Position numbers and translations under genes: made by a program. Positions 11,315 to 23,542 of a DNA stretch of 64,000 nucleotides are shown here, piece by piece. Each line of letters starts with the position of its first letter. The first letter of the stretch is position 1. The stretch is from Nitrospirota bacterium (GTDB lineage Bacteria; Nitrospirota; UBA9217), in contig CAWCKW010000012.1 of NCBI GenBank assembly GCA_963796285.1, forward strand, positions 1,056,001-1,120,000. Direction: 5' to 3'. The notes under the pieces are model-generated. The model was given only the letters and a program-made list of their open reading frames with translations. It had not been told where the DNA came from and made no database searches.

Positions 11315-11672
11315 ATGTTCAGTACCTTCCGATCGATAATTGTAAATGCTACTGCAGCGGTTTGTTGTACGTTCCTGTGCATGTCCTGCCGGCAATACCC
11401 TTCACTGCCTATACAGAAACACCGGGGTTGAACAGCATCAAGACGCTCATTCGCCCGGGGAAGGGTTCCAGCGGTTCAAGATCGTTTTCGAGCCAGATGC
11501 CTACTACACAGACCTTGATCTTATCATCGCGCTTACCAGGATGCCGCAGATGGCCCTTTTGCTTGCAGCCGGTTTTGTATGGGGATCAAAAAGGAAAGAT
11601 ATCGGCGCGCTCGCCGCAGGCGGGGGAAAAGACGATTTTCAGTTGATTCTCCGGCCGAATATCGAGTTTTGA
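11315..11672 (+). pseudogene. degraded hypothetical gene
   Basis: Protein-like segments (FEPDAYYTDLDLIIALT; DDFQLILRPNIEF) in shifting frames. Confidence 0.35.
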
Positions 11673-12042
11673 GATAAAGGAACACGTGAGGGCAGGCAGT
11701 ATCAACGGGACCTGTGTTCGTGCTGCCAGCGCCTGCTGCTGATATTCGTTGTATTCGGTGTGAACCGCATGGAAATCGGGGGCCCGTCGCGACGGGATTG
11801 CCCGCCCGAGCACGGACGAGTGCATCGTCACCGCGTCAGGTGTAGATGACCTTCATAAAGGGAAGAACCCGGTCCGATGATGACTGCGAACAAGCGGCGT
11901 CCTGGTGCGTGTGGCGATGTCCAACTCTCCCGTGAACAGCCGAGACACGTCTGAGCGGACAGAGGCACCGGCTCCAGGGAAAGGCGGCAGCTCTTCTCAT
12001 TCCCCGTCAGTACACCCATGGTCATCGGCATCGCGCCCTACG

Positions 12043-12756
12043 TTACTTCGCTGCACTTCCCGCAGCCGGTTGCGGTGCCGATTTAATCACCTGCACCTTT
12101 CCCATAGCTTCTATGCCCCAGGTCGTGCCGCCGAGCTTCTCTTGCGCCAGTTTGTATTTTTTCTCCGATTCGGACTTGTTGCCGGAAGTCTCATAGAGCC
12201 GCGCCAATTCAATTGTGGCGACTCCCGGGCCTCCGACGGCCTCCGCTTGCTCGAATGCCTTAATGGCCTCGGCCTGCTTGCCGAGCGCGCTATAGACATA
12301 ACCCATACGCTGATATACCAGCCTGAGAAGATATTTCTCCCCTGCATATTTGCTGACAAAGAACTGATATTCCTTGATGGCCTCGTCCGGTTGACCGAGG
12401 GCCGCGAGACAGTTTCCAACGTAATATTGCGCGATCGCAGCGCTCATGGCCCCTGGATATTTCTTCTGGACCCCGCGGAAGAGTTCGAGCGCCTTGCCGT
12501 AGTCCGCCGACAACGATCCCGAGGGGCTGTAGTATTCATAGGCAACGGCAAGAAGCGGCGAGGCCTGCCGCTCATCCGCGGCACGCAAGATCGAATATCC
12601 TCCGGCGATCACGAGCAGTGCAACGAGCACTGACGCAGCAATGACAACCTGTTTTTTGTAGGCCGACAAGATATTGGTGGCCTTGTGCGTAATGGTCGCG
12701 ATCTGCTGCTCCTGCGTCTGTTTTGTGACCTTTGCTTTTTTCTTGATCGTCAGCAT
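12043..12756 (-). CDS. TPR protein, YfgM-like (single TM)
   Basis: N-terminal TM then TPR-like repeats (AQYYVGNCL, AIKEYQ, AIKAFEQA). Confidence 0.8.
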   Translation of the reverse strand: MLTIKKKAKVTKQTQEQQIATITHKATNILSAYKKQVVIAASVLVALLVIAGGYSILRAADERQASPLLAVAYEYYSPSGSLSADYGKALELFRGVQKKYPGAMSAAIAQYYVGNCLAALGQPDEAIKEYQFFVSKYAGEKYLLRLVYQRMGYVYSALGKQAEAIKAFEQAEAVGGPGVATIELARLYETSGNKSESEKKYKLAQEKLGGTTWGIEAMGKVQVIKSAPQPAAGSAAK

Positions 12757-12837
12757 CTATAAAACCTCCCCTATGATTAAACTTCGGATTTTTAAATGAG
12801 GAATGACGGCCCCACATCCTTGTCGGCCGGTTCTGCG

Positions 12838-13506
12838 TTACGGTCGCTTTTTAAAAATCGCGCCCGCCGCCGCTGCCAGACTCCTGGAATTCTGCAGAAT
12901 GGCCGCAACCGCGGCCGCGTTCAGACCCGCGCCAAGAAGGATGGTATGGGCAAACTCGTCGGTGATCAGGTCTCCCGGTTCGTGGGTGTCGGTATCGATC
13001 ACGAGTTTGGCGCCCGTCTCACCTGCTATCTTTGCAACATGTCCGTTCGACAGGCTGTGTCCCTTGCGCGCGGTGATCTCCAGATGTACCCCATTCTTGA
13101 CCGCCAGCTCTGCTTCCTCTTTGGTGATCATGCCCGGGTGCGCGAGAATGTCCACCCGCGCCTCGATCGCCGCCCGGTTCGTTCCCGGGTGGACGGGTTC
13201 GACGAGCGTTTCGCCGTGGGCGACCACGATCACCGCGCCGAGCGAACGGGCCCGCTCGGTGAGTTCGGCAAACGTCTCCGGCGGAATGTGCGTAAGTTCG
13301 ATCCCGGGCAGTGCCGTGATCTTCCAGCGACGGTTGAGTTCCTTGCACGCCGCGGCCACACGCGGTATGGTAAAATCCAGGTTCGAGGCATCGGCGTGGT
13401 CCGTGATCGCGATCACTTCGTAACCTTTCATAACCGCGCGTCGCACCAGTTCCGACGGCACGAGCACGCCGTCACTGAATAGAGAATGGGTATGAAGATC
13501 TATCAT
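12838..13506 (-). CDS. PHP-domain phosphoesterase (histidinol-phosphatase-like)
   Basis: DLHTHS..SDG, ITDH, LAHP, DTDTH motifs. Confidence 0.9.
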   Translation of the reverse strand: MIDLHTHSLFSDGVLVPSELVRRAVMKGYEVIAITDHADASNLDFTIPRVAAACKELNRRWKITALPGIELTHIPPETFAELTERARSLGAVIVVAHGETLVEPVHPGTNRAAIEARVDILAHPGMITKEEAELAVKNGVHLEITARKGHSLSNGHVAKIAGETGAKLVIDTDTHEPGDLITDEFAHTILLGAGLNAAAVAAILQNSRSLAAAAGAIFKKRP

Positions 13507-13532
13507 AGTTTCACCTTCGGTGTTATTGGATA

Positions 13533-13602
13533 TTGCAAATTGGAAATTGTAAATTTACGCTGTTTTTTTCAATTTCCATTCTCCAATTTTCAACTTTTCA
13601 AT
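13533..13602. repeat. AT-rich 7-nt-period inverted repeat (TTGNAAA / TTTNCAA)
   Basis: ttgcaaattggaaattgtaaattt...ttttcaatttccattctccaattttcaacttttcaatt. Confidence 0.6.
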
Positions 13603-13610
13603 TCGCGCGA

Positions 13611-14549
13611 TCAGCGCGCCTTTCCCTGATAACTTCCCCGCTGTTCCATGAAGGTATCGAGGTCGCGCAGCAGTTCGCTGCGTGTCTTGTTCCAGACCGG
13701 CGCGATCAGGATCTCGTCGGGAGCAGCCGCGAACAGCCGCTGCAGCACAACATCCGGTGAGAGCCGCTCCAGAAAATCCGCCAGCATCTCGATATATTCA
13801 TGATATCCGAAGGTAGTAAAAGGCTTTTTCGAGTAAAGTTCCGCAAGCGCCGTCTCCTTCACCACCTGAAGCTGATGGATTTTGAGGAACTCGATCGGCA
13901 GATCGGAGAGAACGTCCGCCATGTCGAGCATCTCGTTCCGGGTCTCCGTCGGGAAGCCGAGAATAAGGTGCGCCCCGACATGAATACCCCGGCCAATGGT
14001 CAAGGCAAGTGCGTTCTTGAAACAAGCGTAGTCATGACCCCGGTTGATGAAGGCAAGCGTCTTATCATAGATCGACTGGAGCCCGTATTCCACCAGGATA
14101 AAATGGTCGCGGCTGAGCGTCGAAAGAAGCGCGATCTTTTCCGCGTCAACGCAATCCGGCCGCGTGCCTATGGCAAGGCCGACTACGCCGGGGTTGTCGA
14201 GTGCCTCCCGGTAGAGCCGTTCGAGGACCTCAACGGAAGCGTAGGTGTTCGTATAAGGCTGGAAGTAGACAATGAATCTCTCCGCGCCGTAACGCGATCT
14301 GAGATAGGGGATCCCCTTCTCGATCTGATCGTGCAGCGATGCAGTGCTGGTGCACGCCGAGGGACGGAAACTGTCGTTGTTGCAGTAGATGCACCCGCCG
14401 GTCGCAAGCGAGCCGTCACGGTTCGGGCAGGTAAAACCAGCGTCCACGTTGACCTTATAGACAGGCCGGCCATATAGATCCTTCATATACTGGCCAAAGG
14501 CATTATAGCGTCTTGTCGCGGTCTTTTTATCCGGTGTTGCTAATTTCAT
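13611..14549 (-). CDS. radical SAM protein, TIGR01212/YhcC family
   Basis: GFTCPNRDG...GGCIYC, YFQPYTNTY, IGTRPDC, INRGHD. Confidence 0.92.
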   Translation of the reverse strand: MKLATPDKKTATRRYNAFGQYMKDLYGRPVYKVNVDAGFTCPNRDGSLATGGCIYCNNDSFRPSACTSTASLHDQIEKGIPYLRSRYGAERFIVYFQPYTNTYASVEVLERLYREALDNPGVVGLAIGTRPDCVDAEKIALLSTLSRDHFILVEYGLQSIYDKTLAFINRGHDYACFKNALALTIGRGIHVGAHLILGFPTETRNEMLDMADVLSDLPIEFLKIHQLQVVKETALAELYSKKPFTTFGYHEYIEMLADFLERLSPDVVLQRLFAAAPDEILIAPVWNKTRSELLRDLDTFMEQRGSYQGKAR

Positions 14550-14720
14550 TTGATTTGCTCGAGAGCTGTTCTAAATAAAGTCGCGGTTTTTAAGATGGGA
14601 CAATATACCAGATGCGTGGAGAAAAATCCAGAAGGGATTTGACCTCAGGGGCGTTAAAGACAGCGCAGGCAAGCAGAAACAGTAAACAACCACATGTTCG
14701 CCCGTTAAACGAATCCAAGT

Positions 14721-15110
14721 TTACAAAATGGTCCGCTCAACAGACTGCAGGAATTCTTCTGCAATCGGCAGCAGTTGTTCAATATCCTCCGGAGTGACCT
14801 TCTTCTTTCCTTCACAGTCGCAGGCCGGCCGGAGGTCGAAGGCCTTGCGGGCCGCCAACAGGAACCGAAGCTCAATATCACCTTTTTGAACAAATTCGGC
14901 GTCAAAGAGCGAGATCGCCGTGCTATGCATGGGCGCGCTCAAGCCTCGTGTCTGGAGCAGCCCGAGTATAGGATAGAGAAACGCGTAATAGAGGCTGTTC
15001 ATCACAAAGTTCGCCTCAGCATCCTGTACCAGGAGCGCCTTTGCCTCTTCCAGGGATTCCCTCGCCTGTTTCAGCCTGTCTTGTATGACTTTATTTTTAT
15101 TGTTCATCAT
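14721..15110 (-). CDS. HEPN-domain protein (UPF0332-like), stand-alone
   Basis: LKQARESLEEAKALL...LYYAFLY...MHSTAISLFDAEFV...AFDLR pattern. Confidence 0.7.
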   Translation of the reverse strand: MMNNKNKVIQDRLKQARESLEEAKALLVQDAEANFVMNSLYYAFLYPILGLLQTRGLSAPMHSTAISLFDAEFVQKGDIELRFLLAARKAFDLRPACDCEGKKKVTPEDIEQLLPIAEEFLQSVERTIL

Positions 15111-15174
15111 GTAAACGATCCATCGCACAGATGGGTAATTAAGGAATATAATTCTAATTAAAACGGCAAGAATA

Positions 15175-15299
15175 TTTCGCGCAATGGCCAAGAAGAGGGC
15201 CACACTGAGACGCTAAGCTCGCAAAGAAAGGCAAATCATTTGTTTATTATTATCAAGATCTAAAGGTTTTCTTGGCGTCCTTTGCGACTTTGCGCGAGA
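15175..15299. repeat. CGCAAAG-type inverted repeat with nested TGGCC-N8-GGCCA hairpin (copy 1)
   Basis: tttcgcgcaatggccaagaagagggccacactgag is the exact reverse complement of the sequence at ~23407-23441. Confidence 0.8.
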
Positions 15300-15406
15300 C
15301 GCCTTTTAGTTTTTTGAACCTTCGGCTCCGTTTTGTACGGATCAGATTCTCAACTCTAACCTAGACTGAACGTTGCACTCTTAACGGTGCACCATTTTTT
15401 CCCGTT

Positions 15407-15865
15407 CTATCTCGTCCAGGTCGCTGTTCTGCCAAGCAATGAGATTCCGATAAATCCCCTCATTTCGAGCTGGTTCGGTGAGACCAGAGTCATCTTGCCG
15501 CTGTAGGTCTTGCCGTTCTTCGGATCGTAGACCTTGCCATCGGTCCATTTGTTCTCGCCGGCATGGACAAAATCACGAACAATGGCAAGCCCCAGACGCG
15601 GTGTTTTCCTGAGGTCCGGATCAGGGTTTTTGTTGTCGAGCTTCGGCGTGCCGGGGACGCCTTCCTCGGAACCTTCCGGATAGTTCGGCTCTTTGAGCCA
15701 GACGATCTTGCCGCAATATTTCTCTCCGCACTTGAATAGTTCGATCTTCGCGGTTTTCTCTTGATTGTCCCAGACTCCCAGGATGTCGTCGGCTCCCGCA
15801 TAAACAACTATCGGCGACAAAAGGATAAGGCTCATCAGAATGTGCATAATAAGTTTATTCATCAT
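15407..15865 (-). CDS. DUF2147 family secreted protein
   Basis: CGKIVWL...D.KNPDP.LR...GKVYDPKNGKTY...RGFIGISLLGRT..WTR. Confidence 0.9.
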   Translation of the reverse strand: MMNKLIMHILMSLILLSPIVVYAGADDILGVWDNQEKTAKIELFKCGEKYCGKIVWLKEPNYPEGSEEGVPGTPKLDNKNPDPDLRKTPRLGLAIVRDFVHAGENKWTDGKVYDPKNGKTYSGKMTLVSPNQLEMRGFIGISLLGRTATWTR

Positions 15866-15894
15866 GGTGTGCTCCTTTCGCGGCTATTCTCACG

Positions 15895-16735
15895 TCAACT
15901 CAACAGTGACTTCACCGTCTTCATATTTCGCGGGTCGTCTTCTTCCGTTTCCTTCGGCGTTTCCATGATCTTCGGCACTTCTTTGAACGCGGGGTGATTG
16001 AGCAATGCCTTAAAGCCATCGAGGCCGATCTTGCCTTCACCGATATGCCAATGCCGGTCGACACGCGAGTTGAAGTCGCGAAGACAGTCATTGAGATGCA
16101 TGCCCTTCAGCCGCTCGATGCCGACAGTGGTCTTGATCTTCTTTGCCAGCGCATCTACTCCCGCCTTGGTACGAATGTCATATCCCGCGGCAAAACCATG
16201 GCAGGTATCGTAGCAGATGCCGATGCGGGACGGGTCTTTGAGTCTGGAGATCACTTCCTGGACCTGTCCCAGCTCATAGCCGATATCGCCTTTTTCTCCG
16301 GCAGTGTTTTCGAGCAGGATCATGGCCTTGGGTGGATGCAGCTTCATGGCCATGTTTAATGCGCTCTGAAACACGGTCTATCATCCATTGCGGTTCCTGT
16401 CCGCTTGCCGAGCCGAGGTGCGTCACCAGAAATTCCGCGCCGAGCGCCTCGGTGCGCTCCAGGTCGATGACGAATTGCTCTATGGATTTTTCGTACAGAT
16501 CAGGCTTTGACGACGCGAGGTTGATGAGATAGTTGGTGTGCACGAAGACGGGGGCAATATCGTGGTTCTGCCGAAGCTTCTTGAATTCCGCGACATCGGT
16601 CTTGTCGAGGGGCTTCACCGTCCAGCCGCGGGGATTGCGGCTGAAGATCTGCATGCAGGTGCAGTCGAGCTCGAAGGCCCGTTGGACGGCAAGCGAGAAG
16701 CCGCCGGAGATGGAGACGTGGAAGCCGATTCTCAT
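15895..16735 (-). CDS. nfo: endonuclease IV (one frameshift near 16366)
   Basis: IGFHVSISGG, QIFSRNPRGW, HTNYLINLAS, LENTAG, DTCHGFAAG, HLND, DRH, METP; one extra base joins the two ORFs. Confidence 0.92.
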
Positions 16736-16859
16736 AGTATCCTTTTTTTACCACAGAGGACGCGGAGATCACCGAGAAAATCCAACAGTTGCTTGCTCGC
16801 AAATGAACGCAACTCCATACTAATGAATAATAAGAGGTCTGCATGCATAGATCCGGATC

Positions 16860-16896
16860 CCCCTTCACCCTAATCTCTCCCTCAGGGGGCGAGGGT
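16860..16896. repeat. CCCTCACCC/CTCTCCC-type REP-like hairpin
   Basis: cccttcaccctaatctctccctcagggggcgagggt; same family as the insert in recG. Confidence 0.6.
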
Positions 16897-16955
16897 GTAA
16901 CCACTCACGTGACTGGAGGGACCAGTTGACAGCGAACTATCAGCGCCGTTGAGGA

Positions 16956-18995
<2,040 letters not shown>

Positions 18996-19028
18996 CTATT
19001 GTAGATACATTCTAACAGGCCCGACTTG

Positions 19029-19104
19029 ACCGCAGAGTCGCAGAGGGCGCGGAGAAAACCAATTAGAAATAATATTTTTCTCTGCGTCTCAGCGTCTCCG
19101 CGGT
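19029..19104. repeat. intergenic inverted repeat (CGCRGAG family, copy 2)
   Basis: accgcagagtcgcagagggcgcggag...ctctgcgtctcagcgtctccgcggt. Confidence 0.8.
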
Positions 19105-19186
19105 GGATATTTTTCTTTTTACGATTTTGTCAATTAAGGCTTCGTCAACATTCTGCCCCGAGGTTTGCACGAGAAACTCAGTGCTC

Positions 19187-20572
19187 TTAACCTTCCCCCT
19201 TCTCCTCCAACTCATAGTCCTTGATCTTCGTGAGGAGCGTCTTGTAGCTCACCTGGAGGACCTCCGCGGCGCGGGACTTGTTTCCCCCGGTCTGCTTCAG
19301 CACCTGCCTGATACGGCGTGACTCGGCGATGCGCGTGGCAGCGGCGGCGATGTCATGGAGAGGACCATCCATCGGCACGTGCTCCGCAAGCGCGTCGAGT
19401 ATGCTCGATTCGCTGATGCCGAGGTCCTGCGGACGGACAACACCGCCGTCGGCGTAGATGACCGCGCGTTCGATCACGTTCTCAAGCTCGCGCACATTCC
19501 CTTTCCACGGCGACTTCATCAGGATGTCCATGGCCTCGTCGGAGATCGTGAGCGGACCTTTCCGCACTTCGGCCGAATATTTGTTCAGGAAATTCTGCGC
19601 CAGCGCGGGGATATCATCCCGGCGTTCCCGGAGCAGCGGAATGGTGATGGGGAACACGTTCAGGCGATAGAACAGGTCCTCCCTGAACAGCTTTGCTTCC
19701 ACGGCCTTTCCGATGTCCTTATTCGTGGCCGCCACGACGCGCACATCGATCTTTATAGGTTTGCCTCCGCCCACGCGCTCGATGACCTGTTCCTGGAGCA
19801 CGCGAAGCATCTTCGCCTGCAGGGTCAGGTCCATGTCGCCGATCTCGTCCAGGAACACGGTACCTTTGTCCGCCAGTTCGAGCTTGCCGAGCTTCCGCGC
19901 GTCCGCTCCGGTGAAGGCGCCCCGCTCGAACCCGAACAGTTCGCTCTCCAGCAGCTCACGGGGGATGGCGGCGGAATTGATCGCAATGAACGGAGCGTCC
20001 TTTCGGTTGCTCAGAGAGTGGATAGCTCGCGCGAAGAGCTCCTTGCCGGTGCCGCTTTCGCCATGAATAAGCACGCTTGCGTTGGTGGGGGCCACTTTCT
20101 GAATCTTGGCCATGATCTCCAGCATCTGGCTGCTCTTGCCGATGATCTTCGGGAAGCCGAACTTTTCGGCGAACTCTTCCCTGAGGAGGATGTTCTCGCT
20201 GGCCATGCGCGAAGCATCAAGCGCGCGTTTGAGCAGAACAAGCAGATGTTCCATATCGAATGGTTTGGTCAAAAAATCATAGGCGCCTTGTTTCACCGCC
20301 TTGACCGCGGTCTCGATCGTTCCAAAGGCGGTCATCACGATCACCGGCAGGAGCGGGTTGTCCGCTTTCACTGCCTTCAGCACCTCGAAACCGTCCTTCT
20401 TCGGAAGTTTTAAGTCCGTAAGCACCAGGCCGATCCGTTCATCGGATAGTTTCCTGATCCCTTCGGCCCCGTCTTTGGCGGGGATCACCCGGTAGCCTTC
20501 GGTTTCAAGGGTCTGCTTGAGCATTTCAAGCATGCTCTCTTTGTCTTCTATGACGAGGATCGTATCAACCAT
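19187..20572 (-). CDS. sigma54-dependent response regulator (PilR/AtoC-like)
   Basis: Receiver domain, GESGTGKE, GAFTGA, Fis-type HTH. Confidence 0.95.
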   Translation of the reverse strand: MVDTILVIEDKESMLEMLKQTLETEGYRVIPAKDGAEGIRKLSDERIGLVLTDLKLPKKDGFEVLKAVKADNPLLPVIVMTAFGTIETAVKAVKQGAYDFLTKPFDMEHLLVLLKRALDASRMASENILLREEFAEKFGFPKIIGKSSQMLEIMAKIQKVAPTNASVLIHGESGTGKELFARAIHSLSNRKDAPFIAINSAAIPRELLESELFGFERGAFTGADARKLGKLELADKGTVFLDEIGDMDLTLQAKMLRVLQEQVIERVGGGKPIKIDVRVVAATNKDIGKAVEAKLFREDLFYRLNVFPITIPLLRERRDDIPALAQNFLNKYSAEVRKGPLTISDEAMDILMKSPWKGNVRELENVIERAVIYADGGVVRPQDLGISESSILDALAEHVPMDGPLHDIAAAATRIAESRRIRQVLKQTGGNKSRAAEVLQVSYKTLLTKIKDYELEEKGEG

Positions 20573-20579
20573 GCGATCG

Positions 20580-21866
20580 TTACCTCAGCGGGAGGATCAT
20601 TGTAAACTTCGTTCCCTTGCCCTGCCTGCTCTCAACTTCCACACTGCCCCCATGAGCGGTGATGACCTTATGTGCCAGCGCAAGCCCCATGCCGACTCCT
20701 TTGTCCTTGGTGGTGAAGAAAGGCAGAAAGATCTTTTTTATTACCTCGGGAGCTATCCCTTCCCCCGTGTCGCCGACAGTGATCCTCATTTCGTGGTGGG
20801 CCTTCACTGCCTTCAACGAGAGGGTCCCTTCGCCGGGCATGGCCTCAATGGCGTTCTGGATCATGTTGGTTACTGCCTGTCTCATCAATACTTCATCGAG
20901 TGAAGCTTCAAAGGCGTCGAGTTGCAGGTCCGTTTTGATCCGGGACGCTGTGCCTGTTGCCTGCTGGATATTCGAAAGACAGGTCCCGATCAATTCCCTG
21001 ACATCGATATTCACCCGGTTCAGCGACGCAGGCCGCGCAAAGGTCAGGAGGTCGCCGATGATCCGGTTCATGCCATCGATCTCGGTTGCAATGCGATTGA
21101 TGAGCTCCTGCCCCGCGGGATCCGCGTTTTTCGACAGCAGGTTGAGATATCCGGTTATTACCGCCATCGGGTTCCGGAGCTCGTGGGCAATGCCGGCGGA
21201 CATCTCGCCGAGCGCTTTCAGGCGCTCCTGAAGCTCTACCTGTTCCTGAAGACGTTTGACCTCGGTAAGGTCGGAGAATGACAGGATGACGCCGAGTGCG
21301 GCGCCATGCCGGTCGCTCAACAACGCGGTAGTATACCCGAGCCAAAGCCGCCCGGTCGATCGTTCCAGCACCGCTTCCATGCGGGCGGACGGTTGTTTTT
21401 TCCCCAGGGTTTCGTTCACGGCCTGGGCGATGCCGCCTGGCCCGAGGAGTTCCTCACAGCTCCTGCGAACTGACTGCTCCCGGGTAATTCCAAGGATCTC
21501 TTCGGCGGCCCGGTTGATCGTGGTCAAGCGACACTCCCGGTCGAAGGTCATCACTCCGTTCGTGACGCACTGGAGGATGTTCTCGTTATAACTTTCGACG
21601 TTCTCGGCGCGCTGTTCCGCGAGGGCCCTGAGCCGCTCCAGCTCTTTCTCCTTCTCTTTAAGCTGTCTGGTCACATCCTGGAAGGCGTTGATGATGAACG
21701 AGGTGTCGGTGGTTTTCTCGCGTTCCACGGACTGCATGCCGAGCTCGCGGCGATATCGGCGCGCGATCCCCCAGACGACAATCACTCCGATCGCAGTGAT
21801 CATAACGCCGGGCAGCAGTATGAAGAAGGCATGGGACGTCATATACGGATCAGGCCGAGATACCAC
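20580..21866 (-). CDS. PAS-domain sensor histidine kinase (PilS-like)
   Basis: AHELRNP H-box, NAIEA N-box, DTGEGI, FFTTK, GVGMGL. Confidence 0.93.
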   Translation of the reverse strand: MVSRPDPYMTSHAFFILLPGVMITAIGVIVVWGIARRYRRELGMQSVEREKTTDTSFIINAFQDVTRQLKEKEKELERLRALAEQRAENVESYNENILQCVTNGVMTFDRECRLTTINRAAEEILGITREQSVRRSCEELLGPGGIAQAVNETLGKKQPSARMEAVLERSTGRLWLGYTTALLSDRHGAALGVILSFSDLTEVKRLQEQVELQERLKALGEMSAGIAHELRNPMAVITGYLNLLSKNADPAGQELINRIATEIDGMNRIIGDLLTFARPASLNRVNIDVRELIGTCLSNIQQATGTASRIKTDLQLDAFEASLDEVLMRQAVTNMIQNAIEAMPGEGTLSLKAVKAHHEMRITVGDTGEGIAPEVIKKIFLPFFTTKDKGVGMGLALAHKVITAHGGSVEVESRQGKGTKFTMILPLR

Positions 21867-22666
21867 GAAACGATATCAGGTCCATAAAACGCACTTGAAA
21901 CGGCGCCAACCGCAAGGAACGGGCCGAAGGGAATGTACTTTCCCATTTTGTGTCTGTTCAGGGCGATCAGCAAAACACCGATCACGGAGCCGGCCAGCGC
22001 GCCGAGCATGATGGTAAGGAGGGCGCCCTTCCACCCCAGGAAGCTCCCCACCATGCCCATGAGCTTCACGTCGCCTCCGCCCATGGCCTCGACGTGCCGT
22101 AGTTTTTCCCAGATCCATCCGATGGCAAGAAGGGGTCCGCCGCCGAGGACCAACCCGATGAGAGAATTCAGAAACCCTGTCAGGTACGGTCCCGCGTGGG
22201 GAAGAAAACGGCCGAGCTGGAATGGAAGGGGCTCGCCGAGCGGAGACATGAATAAGGGCGCGAGCGAAAGCCCCACAAGCATGCCCGGCAGTGTGATGAT
22301 GTCGGGGATGATCAGGTGGTCGAGATCAATAAAGGTGATTACGATCAAGGACGAGCAGAGGACCATCATGAGGACGGCTTCCCCTCCGAGCCAGAACTCA
22401 TGGACGATCCAAACGTAGAACAGGGCGTTCATAAGCTCAACGAGCGGATACTGCCACGAAATGGGCTCGCCGCAGTTCCTGCATTTCCCTCGCAGCAGAA
22501 GAAAACTGATAATCGGTATGTTGTCGTAGAATTTTACGCTGCTTTGACAACGGGGACAATGAGAAGGCGGGGTCACGATGGAACCGCCGCGCGGCAAACG
22601 CACGATGCAGACGTTCAGAAAGCTTCCAATGAGGAGACCAACAATAAAAATAAACGCGGTGATCAT
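21839..22666 (-). CDS. pilD: prepilin peptidase / N-methyltransferase
   Basis: GSFLNVCI.RLP, CPRC and CRNC, MGGGDVKL, IPFGPFL. Confidence 0.95.
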   Translation of the reverse strand: MITAFIFIVGLLIGSFLNVCIVRLPRGGSIVTPPSHCPRCQSSVKFYDNIPIISFLLLRGKCRNCGEPISWQYPLVELMNALFYVWIVHEFWLGGEAVLMMVLCSSLIVITFIDLDHLIIPDIITLPGMLVGLSLAPLFMSPLGEPLPFQLGRFLPHAGPYLTGFLNSLIGLVLGGGPLLAIGWIWEKLRHVEAMGGGDVKLMGMVGSFLGWKGALLTIMLGALAGSVIGVLLIALNRHKMGKYIPFGPFLAVGAVSSAFYGPDIVSWYLGLIRI

Positions 22667-23034
22667 TCAGATGTTCCCTCCGCTTCCTTGCGGGCAGTCT
22701 TCGCCGAAACCTGTTCGTTCACGATCATGTTGCGCAATTCCTCGATCTCCTGCTTGCGGTCTGTAAGTTCGGTCATGGCTGCGGCGATCTCCTCATCCTG
22801 TACCAGCTGTTCGGTCGTTTTCGGCAGCGCATCCCCCCTGGTGAGGTTGACCACCTTTCGGCCAATGGCCTGGTACTGTGCATCGATCTGTTCCTGGACC
22901 TCGTCGATCCTGATCCGCAACCGGACAATGTTGATCTCCACCCGCACCCGATCGGCAAACAGCGCAGCGGAGATGGATATCCGCTTTGAGCCTCGCTGCA
23001 TGTTCAGTATTGCTTTTTCCCAAATGGTCATCAT
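22663..23034 (-). CDS. hypothetical coiled-coil protein
   Basis: 123-aa ORF with RBS; overlaps the pilD start (ATGA coupling). Confidence 0.7.
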   Translation of the reverse strand: MMTIWEKAILNMQRGSKRISISAALFADRVRVEINIVRLRIRIDEVQEQIDAQYQAIGRKVVNLTRGDALPKTTEQLVQDEEIAAAMTELTDRKQEIEELRNMIVNEQVSAKTARKEAEGTSE

Positions 23035-23309
23035 GACTCCTTACTTCGGGTCCAGGGTCCGGGGTCCCGGTTGATAGACATAAACCGGCCCGCTGTTTTT
23101 GCCTGGGCACTCAGTCCTGCGCCCTGGCGCCTATTTTTTTTACTGTATCAGAATACTCCTGAAATATCAACCCCGCAAACACCATGCTATCATACCGCAA
23201 CACAATATCCGCAGAAAATTATCCTAGAAAAAAGCAGATAGCAACAGAGATCACAGAGAACTCATTTGCAAAATGCATAGAATACTAAGACGAAAACTTT
23301 AAACCTTCT

Positions 23310-23442
23310 CTCGCGCAAAGCCGCAAAGGCCGCAAAGAACTGCGAAATCAAAAGCAATTATTATTTTAAATCAAGATTTAAAAGATTTCCTTTGCGCGCT
23401 TTGCGGCTCAGTGTGGCCCTCTTCTTGGCCATTGCGCGAAAA
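23310..23442. repeat. CGCAAAG-type inverted repeat with nested hairpin (copy 2)
   Basis: tcgcgcaaagccgcaaaggccgcaaag...ctttgcgcgctttgcggctcagtgtggccctcttcttggccattgcgcgaaa. Confidence 0.8.
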
Positions 23443-23542
23443 TGTTTGCATGGTTCCGGCTTTCCTGGGTTAGGATTATGCGTTTCGTTTGTTCAAAGCA
23501 CCCGTCCGCCGCATAATGAGCGCGCTACTTGCTGTTTCGGGG

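Noticed and set aside
16360-16375. Split nfo as a real two-gene arrangement
   Set aside because: A single extra base explains it, and all motifs are intact; this is the same error pattern as in smc.
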